DNA of 64,000 nt from an uncultured Bacilli bacterium (GCA_934098395.1 CAKOOM010000003.1:88091-152090); one strand, 5' to 3'. Shown: positions 47,972 through 58,300, numbered from the stretch's first letter. Numbers and translations: made by a program. The notes: generated from the sequence alone by a model not told the origin.

Positions 47972-49141
47972 ATGAAAGATCATAAATGTATAAATTGCCA
48001 AGCAGAAATTGAAGAAAATGATAACTTTTGTTGGAAATGTGGTCATTGGAGCGCTAAAGGATATTCCTTTTTTAATAATAACGAAGAAGTTGTTAAAATA
48101 GTCGAAGAGGGAAATCTAGCTAAGCATGATACTAGAAATGCTTATTTAATCTTTATGTTATTATTAACATTTATAATCTTTTTAGCTCTATCTTGGTATC
48201 GTGGAATGGATATCTTTAGACCAGTATTTTATTTAGAAAAACAAGTATATAAATATATTTACGGTTACAATGTTTCTATATTAAAAACTGACAATCAATA
48301 CTATAACAAGTCAATAAATAGTTTAAATGATGCTAACAATTACATAATAAAAGATTTAAACGAACAAGATTATAAATGTGGTAATAATATTGAAGTTCAC
48401 AAAATTGAAGATAGACTAGAAAAAGATTATGCTATTAAAGCTGTTAATTTTTGCGATATATCACTTGAAGAAACTAAACGCTTAGCAACCGTAATTGACA
48501 AAATGTATAATTTATTTCCAAGTGTTAAAGGATATTTAACAAACATCAGTATAACTAACGCCAAAGAACAAGAAATATATATTGCTTATTTTGAACCAAT
48601 ATATCAATTTGTTAACAGTAATGCTGATATCAGTAGTTTTAATAAAGTAAATAAAACACAAATATTACTAAATAGTTATTATTTTCTAAATGAAGAAACT
48701 ATTAAAAATAGCATAACAGAAAAAGTTGCAAAAGATTGGTATGTTAATGATGCAACTTGGGAATCATTATTTTCTCATGAATTTGGTCATTATATATCGT
48801 TTGTAGCACTACTAAAACTCCATGGTATTAATAGTATAACATTTGAAACAAAAGATAATTATCAGCAAATACAACAAATAATTGATGAGTTTAATGGTAG
48901 AGAATATTCAAATCAGTTGTTAAATGAAGCCTATAATAATTACAAATTAATTTATTCATATAATGGCGATATTAACACATTTGCTCTGAGTATATCTAAA
49001 TATGCCGCTAATAAAGATAAATCTGGAAAATTAATTGCTGATGAAACTCTAGCCGAAGCAATTCATGATTATTATTTACATGGATCTAACGCAAAAGCAC
49101 AAAGTTTAGAAATAGTAAAAGTTATAAACTCAAAATTGTGA
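47972..49141 (+). CDS. Membrane protein with an N-terminal C4 zinc ribbon, one TM helix, and an extracytoplasmic domain bearing a HEFGH (HExxH) motif. It is a putative zinc-metallopeptidase-like protein
   Basis: CINCQ...CWKCGH, the TM helix LIFMLLLTFIIFLALSWY, and FSHEFGHY. Confidence 0.55.
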   Translation: MKDHKCINCQAEIEENDNFCWKCGHWSAKGYSFFNNNEEVVKIVEEGNLAKHDTRNAYLIFMLLLTFIIFLALSWYRGMDIFRPVFYLEKQVYKYIYGYNVSILKTDNQYYNKSINSLNDANNYIIKDLNEQDYKCGNNIEVHKIEDRLEKDYAIKAVNFCDISLEETKRLATVIDKMYNLFPSVKGYLTNISITNAKEQEIYIAYFEPIYQFVNSNADISSFNKVNKTQILLNSYYFLNEETIKNSITEKVAKDWYVNDATWESLFSHEFGHYISFVALLKLHGINSITFETKDNYQQIQQIIDEFNGREYSNQLLNEAYNNYKLIYSYNGDINTFALSISKYAANKDKSGKLIADETLAEAIHDYYLHGSNAKAQSLEIVKVINSKL

Positions 49142-49150
49142 GGTGAAATA

Positions 49151-49327
49151 ATGCTTAAATGTCTTAATTGTAACAAAGTTTGTAAAGATACCGATAAATA
49201 TTGTAGAAACTGTGGAGTAACTCTAAAAAGAAAAAGCTACTATATCTTAACAAATATTTTTAGTTTTATATTACTAATAGGTTTAATCATTATGATAGCA
49301 TTATTTATTGCTTCATATTACGTATAA
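49151..49327 (+). CDS. Small zinc-ribbon membrane protein (58 aa; CLNC...CRNC followed by a TM helix)
   Basis: RBS AGGTGA lies 5 nt before ATG 49151. It was not in the ORF track. Confidence 0.45.
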   Translation: MLKCLNCNKVCKDTDKYCRNCGVTLKRKSYYILTNIFSFILLIGLIIMIALFIASYYV

Positions 49328-49335
49328 AAGAAGGG

Positions 49336-51966
49336 TTGAGTATGGAAAATAAAAAAAATTATCAAAAAACAGTCGAAGAAATATATAAAGAATTTAATAC
49401 GAGTATTAATGGAATAACTGAAGAAGAAGCTATTAAAAGATTACAAGAGTATGGTGAAAATAAATTAACTGAAAAAAAGAAACAATCAAATATTATAATG
49501 TTTTTAAATCAATTTAATGACTTTATGATAATTTTATTAATATTTGCTTCTATTTTTTCAGCAGTCATTTCATATATTAGACACGAATCATATATAGATT
49601 CCATTATAATAATTGTAATCGTAGTAATTAATGCTATTCTTAGTTTTATCCAAGAAAAAAAAGCCGATGTTGCTATTGAAGAACTAAATAAAATGTTCGT
49701 GACTAATAATTATGTTATTAGAAATGGTAAAAAAGAATCGATTGATGTAAGAAACATTGTCGTAGGTGATATCATTGAATTAGAAGCTGGTGATTATGTC
49801 TCAGCAGACTGTCGAATAATTACTGCCGAAGGACTTGAAGTAAATGAATCAACCCTAACTGGAGAATCTAAATCAATAAAAAAAGATAATACTAACATCT
49901 TCGAAGAAAAAGAATTATATGAAAGAAAAAATATGGTTCATGCAGGTTGTAATGTAACAAACGGTCATGCCTTCGTAGTCGTATGTCAAACCGGTATGAA
50001 TACTGAACTTGGTAAAATAGCTACAAGTCTATTAAACAAAAAAAGCGATATAACACCATTACAAAAAAAGGTAAATCAGATAAGTAAGATATTAACTTAT
50101 ATAATTCTTGGAATAATAGTTATCATGATGATAATTGGTTTGCTTTTAAAAAATGATTTTTTTGACGTAGTAATGTTATCAATATCTTTAGCCGTTGCTG
50201 CAATTCCTGAAGGAATGTCTTCTATAATTACCATTATTTTATCACTAGGCATGACTGCTATGGCAAAAAAGAATGTTATAATTAGAAAAATGGCTTCCGT
50301 AGAAACATTAGGTTCAACAGATATTATTTGTTCAGATAAAACTGGAACAATAACTCAAAACAAAATGTTAGTCAAGTCTATTTATGTCAACGATTCATTA
50401 TATAATGAAACAGATAAAATAGAAAACAACCATATGCTTTTATATTGTGCAAATTTTTGCCAAAACGTCGTAAAAAATGATGACAAATATCTTGGGGATG
50501 AAACCGAAGTAGCAATATATAAATATCTTGAAGATATTAATTTCAAAGTAAATGAAGAAAACAAACGTATAAAAGAGTATCCATTTGATTCAGATAGAAA
50601 AATGATGAGTGTTATAACTAGCATTGGATCTAATACATATTCATTCACAAAAGGTAGCCTTGAATCAATAATAAATAAATGTAATAAATTTATATCTAAT
50701 GGAAATATTTATTATATAAACGATGAATACAGACAAAAAGTCTTAAATATTGAAAAAGAACAAAGTGAAAAGTCATTAAGAATATTAGCTTTTGCATATA
50801 AAACAGATAACTTAGAACAACCAGAAGAAGATATGATTTTTATTGGCTTAATAGGTATGATGGATCCACCAAGAGATACTGTATCAAATGCTATAGAAAT
50901 ATGTAAAAAATCCGGTATAAAACCAATAATGATAACTGGAGATAGTATAAATACTGCCCGTGCTATTGCTAAACAAGTTGGTATTATCGACGTAGACGAC
51001 AAAGCTATCGAAGGAAAAATAGTAGATAAAATGAGTGATGAAGAATTAAAGAAAGCAGTAACCTATTATCAAGTATATGCCAGAATATCACCAAACACAA
51101 AACTAAGAATTGTTGAGTCACTTCAAAGTCAAGGATTAGTCGTAGCTATGACTGGTGATGGAGTAAATGATGCTCCAGCAATTCAAAAAGCTGATATTGG
51201 TATTGGTATGGGGATAACAGGAACAGAGGTAGTAAAAAAAGTAGCAGACTGTATCCTTGTGGATGATAGCTTTTCAACAATAGTTACTGGTGTAGAAGAG
51301 GGAAGAAGAATAACCTCAAATATAAAAAAAGTAATTCTTTATCTACTCGCAGGCAATATAATTGAAGTTATATTAGTATTCATATCAATGTTAATGAATA
51401 TGGAAATGTTTACAACTCTTCAATTGTTATGGATAAATCTAGTTACAGACTCTATTCCAGCAATTATGTTAGCATTTGAAAAGTCATCAAGTGATATAAT
51501 GGAAAACACTCCTGATAACAGAAACAACTCATCATTCTTTACTCCATTTTTATCAGCAAAAATAATAATTAGCGCTATTGTAAAATCAATTGTTATGATG
51601 TCACTCTTTATCTATATCGTATCAGCAACAGATGCCAATGTAGCAAGCTCACTATTATTTATCTTTCTTGTATGTCATGAATTATTGTTTGCTTTCTCAT
51701 GTAGAGATTTAAAGAAAAGTGTTTTAAACAAAAACTTTTTTGCCAATAAAAGATTAAGCATTGGCATCATATCAATATTACTAATCCAAATAATAATTCT
51801 AACAACAGGATTGTCAAAATTCTTTATTGTACCTGGTATAGAATTTAAATATATTCTAATAACTGTAATTGCATGTCTAGCTACATTTATCATTGGTGAA
51901 TTTTTAAAACCTATTTATACTAAATTATTTAAAGATTATACTGGGGGTGATAAGTATGAAATTTAA
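49336..51966 (+). CDS. Cation-transporting P-type ATPase, type IIA (a Ca2+-ATPase-like pump)
   Basis: DKTGTIT, TGDGVNDAP, TGES, and 10 TM helices, in 876 aa. Confidence 0.9.
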   Translation: MSMENKKNYQKTVEEIYKEFNTSINGITEEEAIKRLQEYGENKLTEKKKQSNIIMFLNQFNDFMIILLIFASIFSAVISYIRHESYIDSIIIIVIVVINAILSFIQEKKADVAIEELNKMFVTNNYVIRNGKKESIDVRNIVVGDIIELEAGDYVSADCRIITAEGLEVNESTLTGESKSIKKDNTNIFEEKELYERKNMVHAGCNVTNGHAFVVVCQTGMNTELGKIATSLLNKKSDITPLQKKVNQISKILTYIILGIIVIMMIIGLLLKNDFFDVVMLSISLAVAAIPEGMSSIITIILSLGMTAMAKKNVIIRKMASVETLGSTDIICSDKTGTITQNKMLVKSIYVNDSLYNETDKIENNHMLLYCANFCQNVVKNDDKYLGDETEVAIYKYLEDINFKVNEENKRIKEYPFDSDRKMMSVITSIGSNTYSFTKGSLESIINKCNKFISNGNIYYINDEYRQKVLNIEKEQSEKSLRILAFAYKTDNLEQPEEDMIFIGLIGMMDPPRDTVSNAIEICKKSGIKPIMITGDSINTARAIAKQVGIIDVDDKAIEGKIVDKMSDEELKKAVTYYQVYARISPNTKLRIVESLQSQGLVVAMTGDGVNDAPAIQKADIGIGMGITGTEVVKKVADCILVDDSFSTIVTGVEEGRRITSNIKKVILYLLAGNIIEVILVFISMLMNMEMFTTLQLLWINLVTDSIPAIMLAFEKSSSDIMENTPDNRNNSSFFTPFLSAKIIISAIVKSIVMMSLFIYIVSATDANVASSLLFIFLVCHELLFAFSCRDLKKSVLNKNFFANKRLSIGIISILLIQIIILTTGLSKFFIVPGIEFKYILITVIACLATFIIGEFLKPIYTKLFKDYTGGDKYEI

Positions 51967-52348
51967 TAATCAAAGTTCATCAAATACAATTATTCTCGGA
52001 GGAATAATATTTGGAATATTTATCTATGTCTTAGCAATAAATATACTACCTAGTAATGTTAAAAGTGATTCATACTATTCCAAGGTAGATGAAGAGATGA
52101 CTGCTAAAATAGCTGATATAACATATAAAAATAAATTGCTAAATATCAAAACAGTTGGTTCTCCAGATTACATCTGTATAAAAACAACTAGAACTAATCC
52201 AAAAGTTACATCTCCATGTTGGAAAAAAATAGAAAATAATAATTACTCATCATCTATTTATACTTATAAAGAATATTATATTTGGTTAATGGATTCAAAT
52301 AAAGTTATTAGTTCCCCAACAAAATATAGTCTAGATTCATCATCATAA
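51956..52348 (+). CDS. Hypothetical small membrane-anchored protein. I place the start at ATG 51956
   Basis: RBS GGGGTGA. An N-terminal TM helix. Confidence 0.4.
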   Translation: MKFNNQSSSNTIILGGIIFGIFIYVLAINILPSNVKSDSYYSKVDEEMTAKIADITYKNKLLNIKTVGSPDYICIKTTRTNPKVTSPCWKKIENNNYSSSIYTYKEYYIWLMDSNKVISSPTKYSLDSSS

Positions 52349-52359
52349 GGAGAATAATT

Positions 52360-52872
52360 ATGTATAACGCAAATGAAATGCCATTATCAAATAGAGAAGA
52401 ACTAAAAGATATTCAAATAAAAGTATTAAATAATATTCCCATAACTATTGGAGAACGTTTAAAACTAGGTAGAGATAAAGTAGTAAGAGAAATTAATGGT
52501 TATCAATTAAAACCTAATTGTGTATATCGTGCTATAAGTCAAAGAACTCTAGAAAAATACCAAGAATATGGTTATATAGTAGGCAATGATCGTGAAGATG
52601 AGTATGTTGAGTATATTAAAGATGGAAAAATTTATAATAATAACCGTGGAGTAGATTGGTATCTAGGTGGAGCAGCTCCAGGATATGGAGAAATTATTCT
52701 TGAATGTCCGGCATATAAAGAATATTTTATTCCTGCATATGATAATGGCAGTGGTATGGCACTCGATCCTCTAGTAAGACATATGAAATCATCCGGAGCA
52801 AAAAATCCTGTTCCCCTAAGTATGATAACCAATATATTCTACATTCAAAAAGAAAAAAATCTAAAAAGATAA
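52360..52872 (+). CDS. Hypothetical protein (170 aa)
   Basis: RBS AAGGAGA. No family recognised. Confidence 0.45.
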   Translation: MYNANEMPLSNREELKDIQIKVLNNIPITIGERLKLGRDKVVREINGYQLKPNCVYRAISQRTLEKYQEYGYIVGNDREDEYVEYIKDGKIYNNNRGVDWYLGGAAPGYGEIILECPAYKEYFIPAYDNGSGMALDPLVRHMKSSGAKNPVPLSMITNIFYIQKEKNLKR

Positions 52873-52885
52873 TTTATAAGAGAAA

Positions 52886-52909
52886 AGGACTAAAACAGTC
52901 CTTCTTTTA
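52886..52909 (+). terminator. Terminator hairpin AGGACTAAAACAGTCCT plus TCTTTT. An identical copy lies at 53290-53313
   Basis: A 6-bp perfect stem with a 5-nt loop. The two copies form a 25-bp exact direct repeat flanking the dinJ-like gene. Confidence 0.6.
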
Positions 52910-52995
52910 AAAGTAAAAAATGTAATGACAAAATAATGTAAATGTATTGACAATTTCTAAAAAATAACATACAATTATATCAAAGGAGGGGTAAT

Positions 52996-53289
52996 ATGAA
53001 TAGTATACCTAACACTACAAATTTAAATGTTAGAGTAGATTCTACACTTAAACAAGAAAGCGATAAATTATTTAAAAATTTAGGTTTAAATATGAGTACT
53101 GCAATTAATATGTTTTTAACCAAATGTGTTAAAACATCAAGTATCCCTTTTAAAATTGAAGAACCTACTCCGAGTAAAGAACTAGAAAAAGCATTAAAAG
53201 AACTAGATTATATGATGAAACATCCTGATAAATACAAAGCTTATAATTCAGTTGAAGAATTATTTAAAAAATTAGATAAAAATAATTAA
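52996..53289 (+). CDS. RelB/DinJ-family type II antitoxin with no adjacent toxin gene (an orphan)
   Basis: NLNVRVDSTLKQESDKLFKNLGLNMSTAINMFLTKCVKTSSIPFKI resembles the DinJ N-terminal ribbon-helix-helix. Its own promoter is TTGACA-17-TACAAT (52947-52975). Confidence 0.65.
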   Translation: MNSIPNTTNLNVRVDSTLKQESDKLFKNLGLNMSTAINMFLTKCVKTSSIPFKIEEPTPSKELEKALKELDYMMKHPDKYKAYNSVEELFKKLDKNN

Positions 53290-53327
53290 AGGACTAAAAC
53301 AGTCCTTCTTTTCATATATTTACATAG

Positions 53328-54401
53328 GTGAATAAACATATGAAAAAAATATTATTACTATTATTCGTAATGTTATCTTTGATATACACGCCAAGAGTAA
53401 ATGCTTCAACCGAATCAGCTACTAGCTATGTCTTATTAGACCAAGATACCAATAGAGTATTACTGTCAAAAAACAAAGATAAGCCAATGTTAATAGCATC
53501 TATTACCAAGATAATGACCTGTATTATAGCCTTAGAAAATAAAAACATTTCTGATCTTGTAGTCGTAGATGATTCCATTAAAGAAAGCTATGGTTCAGGT
53601 ATTTATATCTCCGTAGGAGAAGAAATAACCCTAAAAGATTTACTATATGGATTAATGCTTCGTAGCGGAAATGATGCTGCTATTATGATAAGTACCTATG
53701 TCTCCGGTTCCGTTGACTCCTTCGTAGATCTAATGAATCAAAAAGCCAAAGAAATAGGTATGAAAAATACTGTCTTCCATAATCCAAGCGGACTAGATAA
53801 TAATACCATTGGTAATACCTCAACCGCATATGATATGGCCTTATTAACTAGCTATGCCATGCAAAATAAAACATATAGAGAAATAGTTAAAACAAAAAAA
53901 TATACTGCAAAAACAAATCTAAAAACATATATTTGGCACAATAAAAACAAACTCTTACAATATGACTACATTACCGGAGGAAAAACGGGATATACTGAAA
54001 AAGCCAAAAGAACTCTCGTATCAACCGCTAGTAAAAATAATTTAAATCTAGTCGTAGTAACCATAAAAGATTCAGATGATTGGAATACTCATAAATCTCT
54101 CTATGAATATGCCTTTGATAATTATAAATCTTATAATATTTTAAATAAAAAAACTTTCAGTATTCCTAAAGATAAATACTATGATTCCCTTTATATCAAA
54201 AATGATGTATCTATAATTTTAAACATTAACGAAACAAAGAATGTTATATCTCACATAAAATTAGAAAAAAAGAAACATTATAAAAATAATGAAAAAGTAG
54301 GTACTAGTTATATTTATGTAGGAAAAAAATTAGTTCATAAAGAAGACATATATGCTAGAAAAACAAATAAAAAAGAAAGTATTTTTAAGAGAATATTTTA
54401 A
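53328..54401 (+). CDS. dacB: D-alanyl-D-alanine carboxypeptidase (S11; a PBP5*/DacB-like protein)
   Basis: A signal peptide, plus SITK (SxxK), SGN and KTG motifs. It is followed by spmA and spmB. Confidence 0.85.
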   Translation: MNKHMKKILLLLFVMLSLIYTPRVNASTESATSYVLLDQDTNRVLLSKNKDKPMLIASITKIMTCIIALENKNISDLVVVDDSIKESYGSGIYISVGEEITLKDLLYGLMLRSGNDAAIMISTYVSGSVDSFVDLMNQKAKEIGMKNTVFHNPSGLDNNTIGNTSTAYDMALLTSYAMQNKTYREIVKTKKYTAKTNLKTYIWHNKNKLLQYDYITGGKTGYTEKAKRTLVSTASKNNLNLVVVTIKDSDDWNTHKSLYEYAFDNYKSYNILNKKTFSIPKDKYYDSLYIKNDVSIILNINETKNVISHIKLEKKKHYKNNEKVGTSYIYVGKKLVHKEDIYARKTNKKESIFKRIF

Positions 54402-54980
54402 ATGATTAATTATATCTTTGCCTTCTTTTTTATAACTGGTATTTTTTATAGTATACTAACTAATACTAATATTAGTAATGAAATGTTACTTGCTTCATCA
54501 ACCTCCATAAAATTAATCTTTTCAATTTTACCTGTTATGTGTCTTTGGTTAGGTATAATGAATGTTGCTAAAAAAAGTGGTCTATTAGACACTATTGCCA
54601 AGTATATTACTCCCATATTAAAAATAATATTCCCAGAAATTCCCAAAAACAGTCCATGCTTTTCCTACATTGCAACTAATATTACTATGAATGTTTTAGG
54701 ACTTGGTAACGCCGCCACACCATTTGGTCTAAAAGCTATCAAAGAAATGCAAGAATTAAATAAACAAAAAGATACTGCTACAAGAAGTATGATAACGTTT
54801 CTTGTTATAAATACTGCTTCAGTTACTATCATGCCAACTACCATAATAAGTATGCGTATAATGTATAAAAGCATTACTCCTGAATCAATTATTCCCTATA
54901 TAATAATAACCTCTACATTGTCTTGTTTAATTGGATTAATAATAGATAGATTATACTATCTAGTGATGAGAAAATGTTAA
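54402..54980 (+). CDS. spmA: Spore maturation protein A (nucleoside-transporter-like membrane protein)
   Basis: Polytopic membrane protein in the dacB-spmA-spmB arrangement. Confidence 0.75.
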   Translation: MINYIFAFFFITGIFYSILTNTNISNEMLLASSTSIKLIFSILPVMCLWLGIMNVAKKSGLLDTIAKYITPILKIIFPEIPKNSPCFSYIATNITMNVLGLGNAATPFGLKAIKEMQELNKQKDTATRSMITFLVINTASVTIMPTTIISMRIMYKSITPESIIPYIIITSTLSCLIGLIIDRLYYLVMRKC

Positions 54981-55477
54981 ATATCTCTATTTATATTATT
55001 CCTATAATTACCCTAATAGTAATAATTCATGCTCTTATAAAAAAAGTAAATATTTATGATGAGTTTATTATTGGTGTTAAAGAAGGACTTCAAATGTCTT
55101 TAAATATCTTTCCATCAATGTTTGCAATTATAATAAGCGTTACAGTCTTTACTAAGAGTAATCTTCTAACAGATTTAATTAGTGTATTAAATATAACAAT
55201 ATTTCCCAAAGAAATAATTCCTATAGCCTTATTACGACCAATCTCCTCATCATCTTCTCTAATGCTTTTAAATAATATCTTAGCTACTTATGGACCAGAT
55301 TCCAAAATAGGTTTAATCTCATCAATAATAACTGGTAGTACAGATACAACCATCTATATTATAGCCATCTATTATCAATCAGTAAAAATAACTAAAACAA
55401 AACAATCTCTTTTAATAGGCTTATTAGCAGACTTAGCATGTGTAATTATAAGTATAATAATTGTTAATATAATATAA
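54974..55477 (+). CDS. spmB: Spore maturation protein B
   Basis: Polytopic membrane protein whose start overlaps the end of spmA. Confidence 0.75.
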   Translation: MLNISIYIIPIITLIVIIHALIKKVNIYDEFIIGVKEGLQMSLNIFPSMFAIIISVTVFTKSNLLTDLISVLNITIFPKEIIPIALLRPISSSSSLMLLNNILATYGPDSKIGLISSIITGSTDTTIYIIAIYYQSVKITKTKQSLLIGLLADLACVIISIIIVNII

Positions 55478-55493
55478 AAAATAAAAGCAACCA

Positions 55494-55616
55494 TTAAAGG
55501 TTACTTTTATTTAGGTTGTTCTGATTCATGTTATTATTAGATTCATGACAACTATTAGAGTTATTCATAGAATTACTACATGAATTAGTCTTTTTAGCCT
55601 TTTTATTCTTAGCCAT
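55494..55616 (-). CDS. 40-aa Lys/Asn/Ser-rich small protein (MAKNKKAKKTNSCSNSMNNSNSCHESNNNMNQNNLNKSNL). It may be a minor SASP-like spore protein
   Basis: RBS GGGTGA lies 5 nt upstream on the minus strand. It is convergent with spmB. Confidence 0.3.
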   Translation of the reverse strand: MAKNKKAKKTNSCSNSMNNSNSCHESNNNMNQNNLNKSNL

Positions 55617-55720
55617 TTTTATCACCCAATAGTATTATTAACTAATTATAATCTTTTATGTATTAAATACTAGTATTTTTTTAATTTTTTTGATAAAATA
55701 ACTAATAAGGAAGTGAGTAC

Positions 55721-58216
55721 ATGATAAGTATATTTAAAAAGTTATTCGATAACGAATACAAAGAATTAAAAAGATTTAACGAAATAGCTACAAAAATAGA
55801 TGCTCTAGATGAAGAGTATAGTAAATTAACTGATAAAAAATTAGCCGCTAAAACAGATGAATTTAAAAAAAGATTAGCTGATGGTGAAGACCTTGAAGAT
55901 ATCCTTGTAGAAGCTTTTGCTACAATTCGTGAAGCTGCATATCGTATTATTGGTGAAAAAGCATATTTTTGCCAATTAGTAGGTGGACTAGCTATTCACT
56001 ATGGTAACATTGCTGAAATGAAAACTGGTGAAGGAAAAACTTTAACAACAATTTTCCCAGCCTATGTTAATGCCCTAACCGGATTAGGAGTACACGTAGT
56101 AACTGTTAATGAATACCTAACTACCAGAAATGCTGAATGGATGGGACCAGTATTTAATTTTCTAGGTTTAACCGTAGGTATTAACTTAAGAGATTTATCT
56201 CCAAAAGAAAAACAAGAAGTATATAATTGCGATATTATGTATACTACTAATAACGAATTAGGATTCGATTATTTAAGAGATAATATGGTAGTACGTGCCG
56301 AAGATAGAGTAGGAAGAAAATTAAATTACTGTATCATCGATGAAGTAGACTCAGTTTTAATAGATGAAGCCAGAACACCATTAATAATTTCTGGTGGTGT
56401 AATGCAAAATGTTAATTTATTCGAACAAGCAGATATGTTTGCTAAATCACTTACAGAAAATGAAGACTATATCAAAGATGAAAAAACAAGAAGTATTTCC
56501 TTAACAGATGAAGGAAGCCATAAATGTGAAAGAATATTTAAAATTGATAATTTATATGATATAAATAATACTGCACTAGTACATCATATAAATCTAGCCC
56601 TAAAAGCTAACTATTTTATGAAAAAAGATGTTGACTATGTTGTTCAAGATGGTGAAATAGTAATTGTCGATCAATTTACTGGTCGTCTAATGAAAGGAAG
56701 AGCATATTCTGAAGGACTTCATCAAGCTATCGAAGCTAAAGAACATGTAAAAATAAATCAAGAAACAAAAACCCTAGCAACAATTACATTCCAAAATCTA
56801 TTTAGAATGTATAATAAATTATCTGGAATGACTGGAACAGCTAAAACCGAAGAAGAAGAATTTAGAAACATTTATAATATGTATGTTATAACTATTCCTA
56901 CAAATAAACCAGTTATTCGTGAAGATGCTACAGATTTATTATATCCAGGTAAAGAAGGAAAATACAATGCAATTTTAAGAGTAGTCGAAGAACGTCATAA
57001 ATTAGGTCAACCAATCTTAATTGGTACAATAGCTATTGAAACAAGTGAATTAATAAGTAAAATGTTAACTAAAAAAAGAATTAAACACGAAGTATTAAAC
57101 GCTAAAAATCATGCTCGTGAAGCTGAAATAATAGCTCATGCTGGTGAAATTGGAGCAGTAACCATTGCAACCAATATGGCAGGACGTGGAACAGATATCA
57201 AGTTAGGTCCTGGTGTAAAAGAACTTGGTGGTCTATGTGTAATTGGAACAGAAAGACACGAATCAAGACGTATTGATAACCAGTTACGTGGTCGTGCCGG
57301 AAGACAAGGAGATCCAGGATTTAGTCAATTCTTTGTTTCATTCGAAGATGATTTATTAATAAGATTCGGATCTGATAAATATAAACAAATGATGGCTAAT
57401 ATTGGTTTTACCGGTGATCAAGCTATAAGAAACAGTATGTTTGCTAAAACCGTAGAAACAGCCCAAAAAAGAGTTGAAGGAAATAACTTCGACATAAGAA
57501 AACATCTACTTAGTTACGACGATGTTATGAATAACCAAAGAGCAATTATTTATGAAAGAAGAAATGAAATATTAGATAATGAATCTATTCATGAAACAGT
57601 TCTTGGTGGTTTTAAAGATTATATTACAAATTTAGTAATGTCTCACTTAATAGAAAACAAAAATCTTCAAGATAACGACTATGACGAAATACTTGAAGCA
57701 TCTAACGAAAACTTATTAAAAAGATATCGTCTAAATTTATCAGAAATCAAAGGAAAACAATCCGATGAAGTAATAGATATAATTTATGAAAAAGTTCTAA
57801 AAGATTATGAAGAAAAACTAAAAGAAGTCCCAATAGAAATAGTTAATGAATTTGAAAAAGCTATCTCATTAAGAGTAATAGATCGTAACTGGATGGAACA
57901 TATTAGTACCATGAGTCATTTACGTGAAGGTGTAGGACTAAGAGGATATGCCAATGTAAATCCATTACAAGCATATACCAGTGAAGGATATGAACTATTT
58001 GATAATATGTTAAATAAAATAAATAGCGAAATAAGTATCTATTTATTAAAATCAGAAATACGTCAAAATACAGAAAGAAAAGAAGTAGTAAAAAAAGTAA
58101 TAACTAACGATGGTAAAGAAACAGTAAAAAAATCAAAAAAATCTAGCAAAGTTGGCAGAAATGATCCATGTCCATGCGGTTCTGGTAAAAAATATAAACA
58201 ATGCTGTGGTAAGTAA
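55721..58216 (+). CDS. secA: Preprotein translocase ATPase SecA
   Basis: 831 aa. DEAD-like motor domains, and a C-terminal zinc-binding motif CPCGSGKKYKQCCG. Confidence 0.95.
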   Translation: MISIFKKLFDNEYKELKRFNEIATKIDALDEEYSKLTDKKLAAKTDEFKKRLADGEDLEDILVEAFATIREAAYRIIGEKAYFCQLVGGLAIHYGNIAEMKTGEGKTLTTIFPAYVNALTGLGVHVVTVNEYLTTRNAEWMGPVFNFLGLTVGINLRDLSPKEKQEVYNCDIMYTTNNELGFDYLRDNMVVRAEDRVGRKLNYCIIDEVDSVLIDEARTPLIISGGVMQNVNLFEQADMFAKSLTENEDYIKDEKTRSISLTDEGSHKCERIFKIDNLYDINNTALVHHINLALKANYFMKKDVDYVVQDGEIVIVDQFTGRLMKGRAYSEGLHQAIEAKEHVKINQETKTLATITFQNLFRMYNKLSGMTGTAKTEEEEFRNIYNMYVITIPTNKPVIREDATDLLYPGKEGKYNAILRVVEERHKLGQPILIGTIAIETSELISKMLTKKRIKHEVLNAKNHAREAEIIAHAGEIGAVTIATNMAGRGTDIKLGPGVKELGGLCVIGTERHESRRIDNQLRGRAGRQGDPGFSQFFVSFEDDLLIRFGSDKYKQMMANIGFTGDQAIRNSMFAKTVETAQKRVEGNNFDIRKHLLSYDDVMNNQRAIIYERRNEILDNESIHETVLGGFKDYITNLVMSHLIENKNLQDNDYDEILEASNENLLKRYRLNLSEIKGKQSDEVIDIIYEKVLKDYEEKLKEVPIEIVNEFEKAISLRVIDRNWMEHISTMSHLREGVGLRGYANVNPLQAYTSEGYELFDNMLNKINSEISIYLLKSEIRQNTERKEVVKKVITNDGKETVKKSKKSSKVGRNDPCPCGSGKKYKQCCGK

Positions 58217-58264
58217 TTATAAAATAAATATATAAAAAAAATATTGAAAATTTGTTGAAAAATA

Positions 58265-58300
58265 AAAAGTGTGGACATGCTATATTTGTCCACACTTTTT
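58265..58300 (+). terminator. Rho-independent terminator of secA (AGTGTGGACA-(9 nt)-TGTCCACACT plus a T-run)
   Basis: A 10-bp perfect stem followed by TTTTT. Confidence 0.75.
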
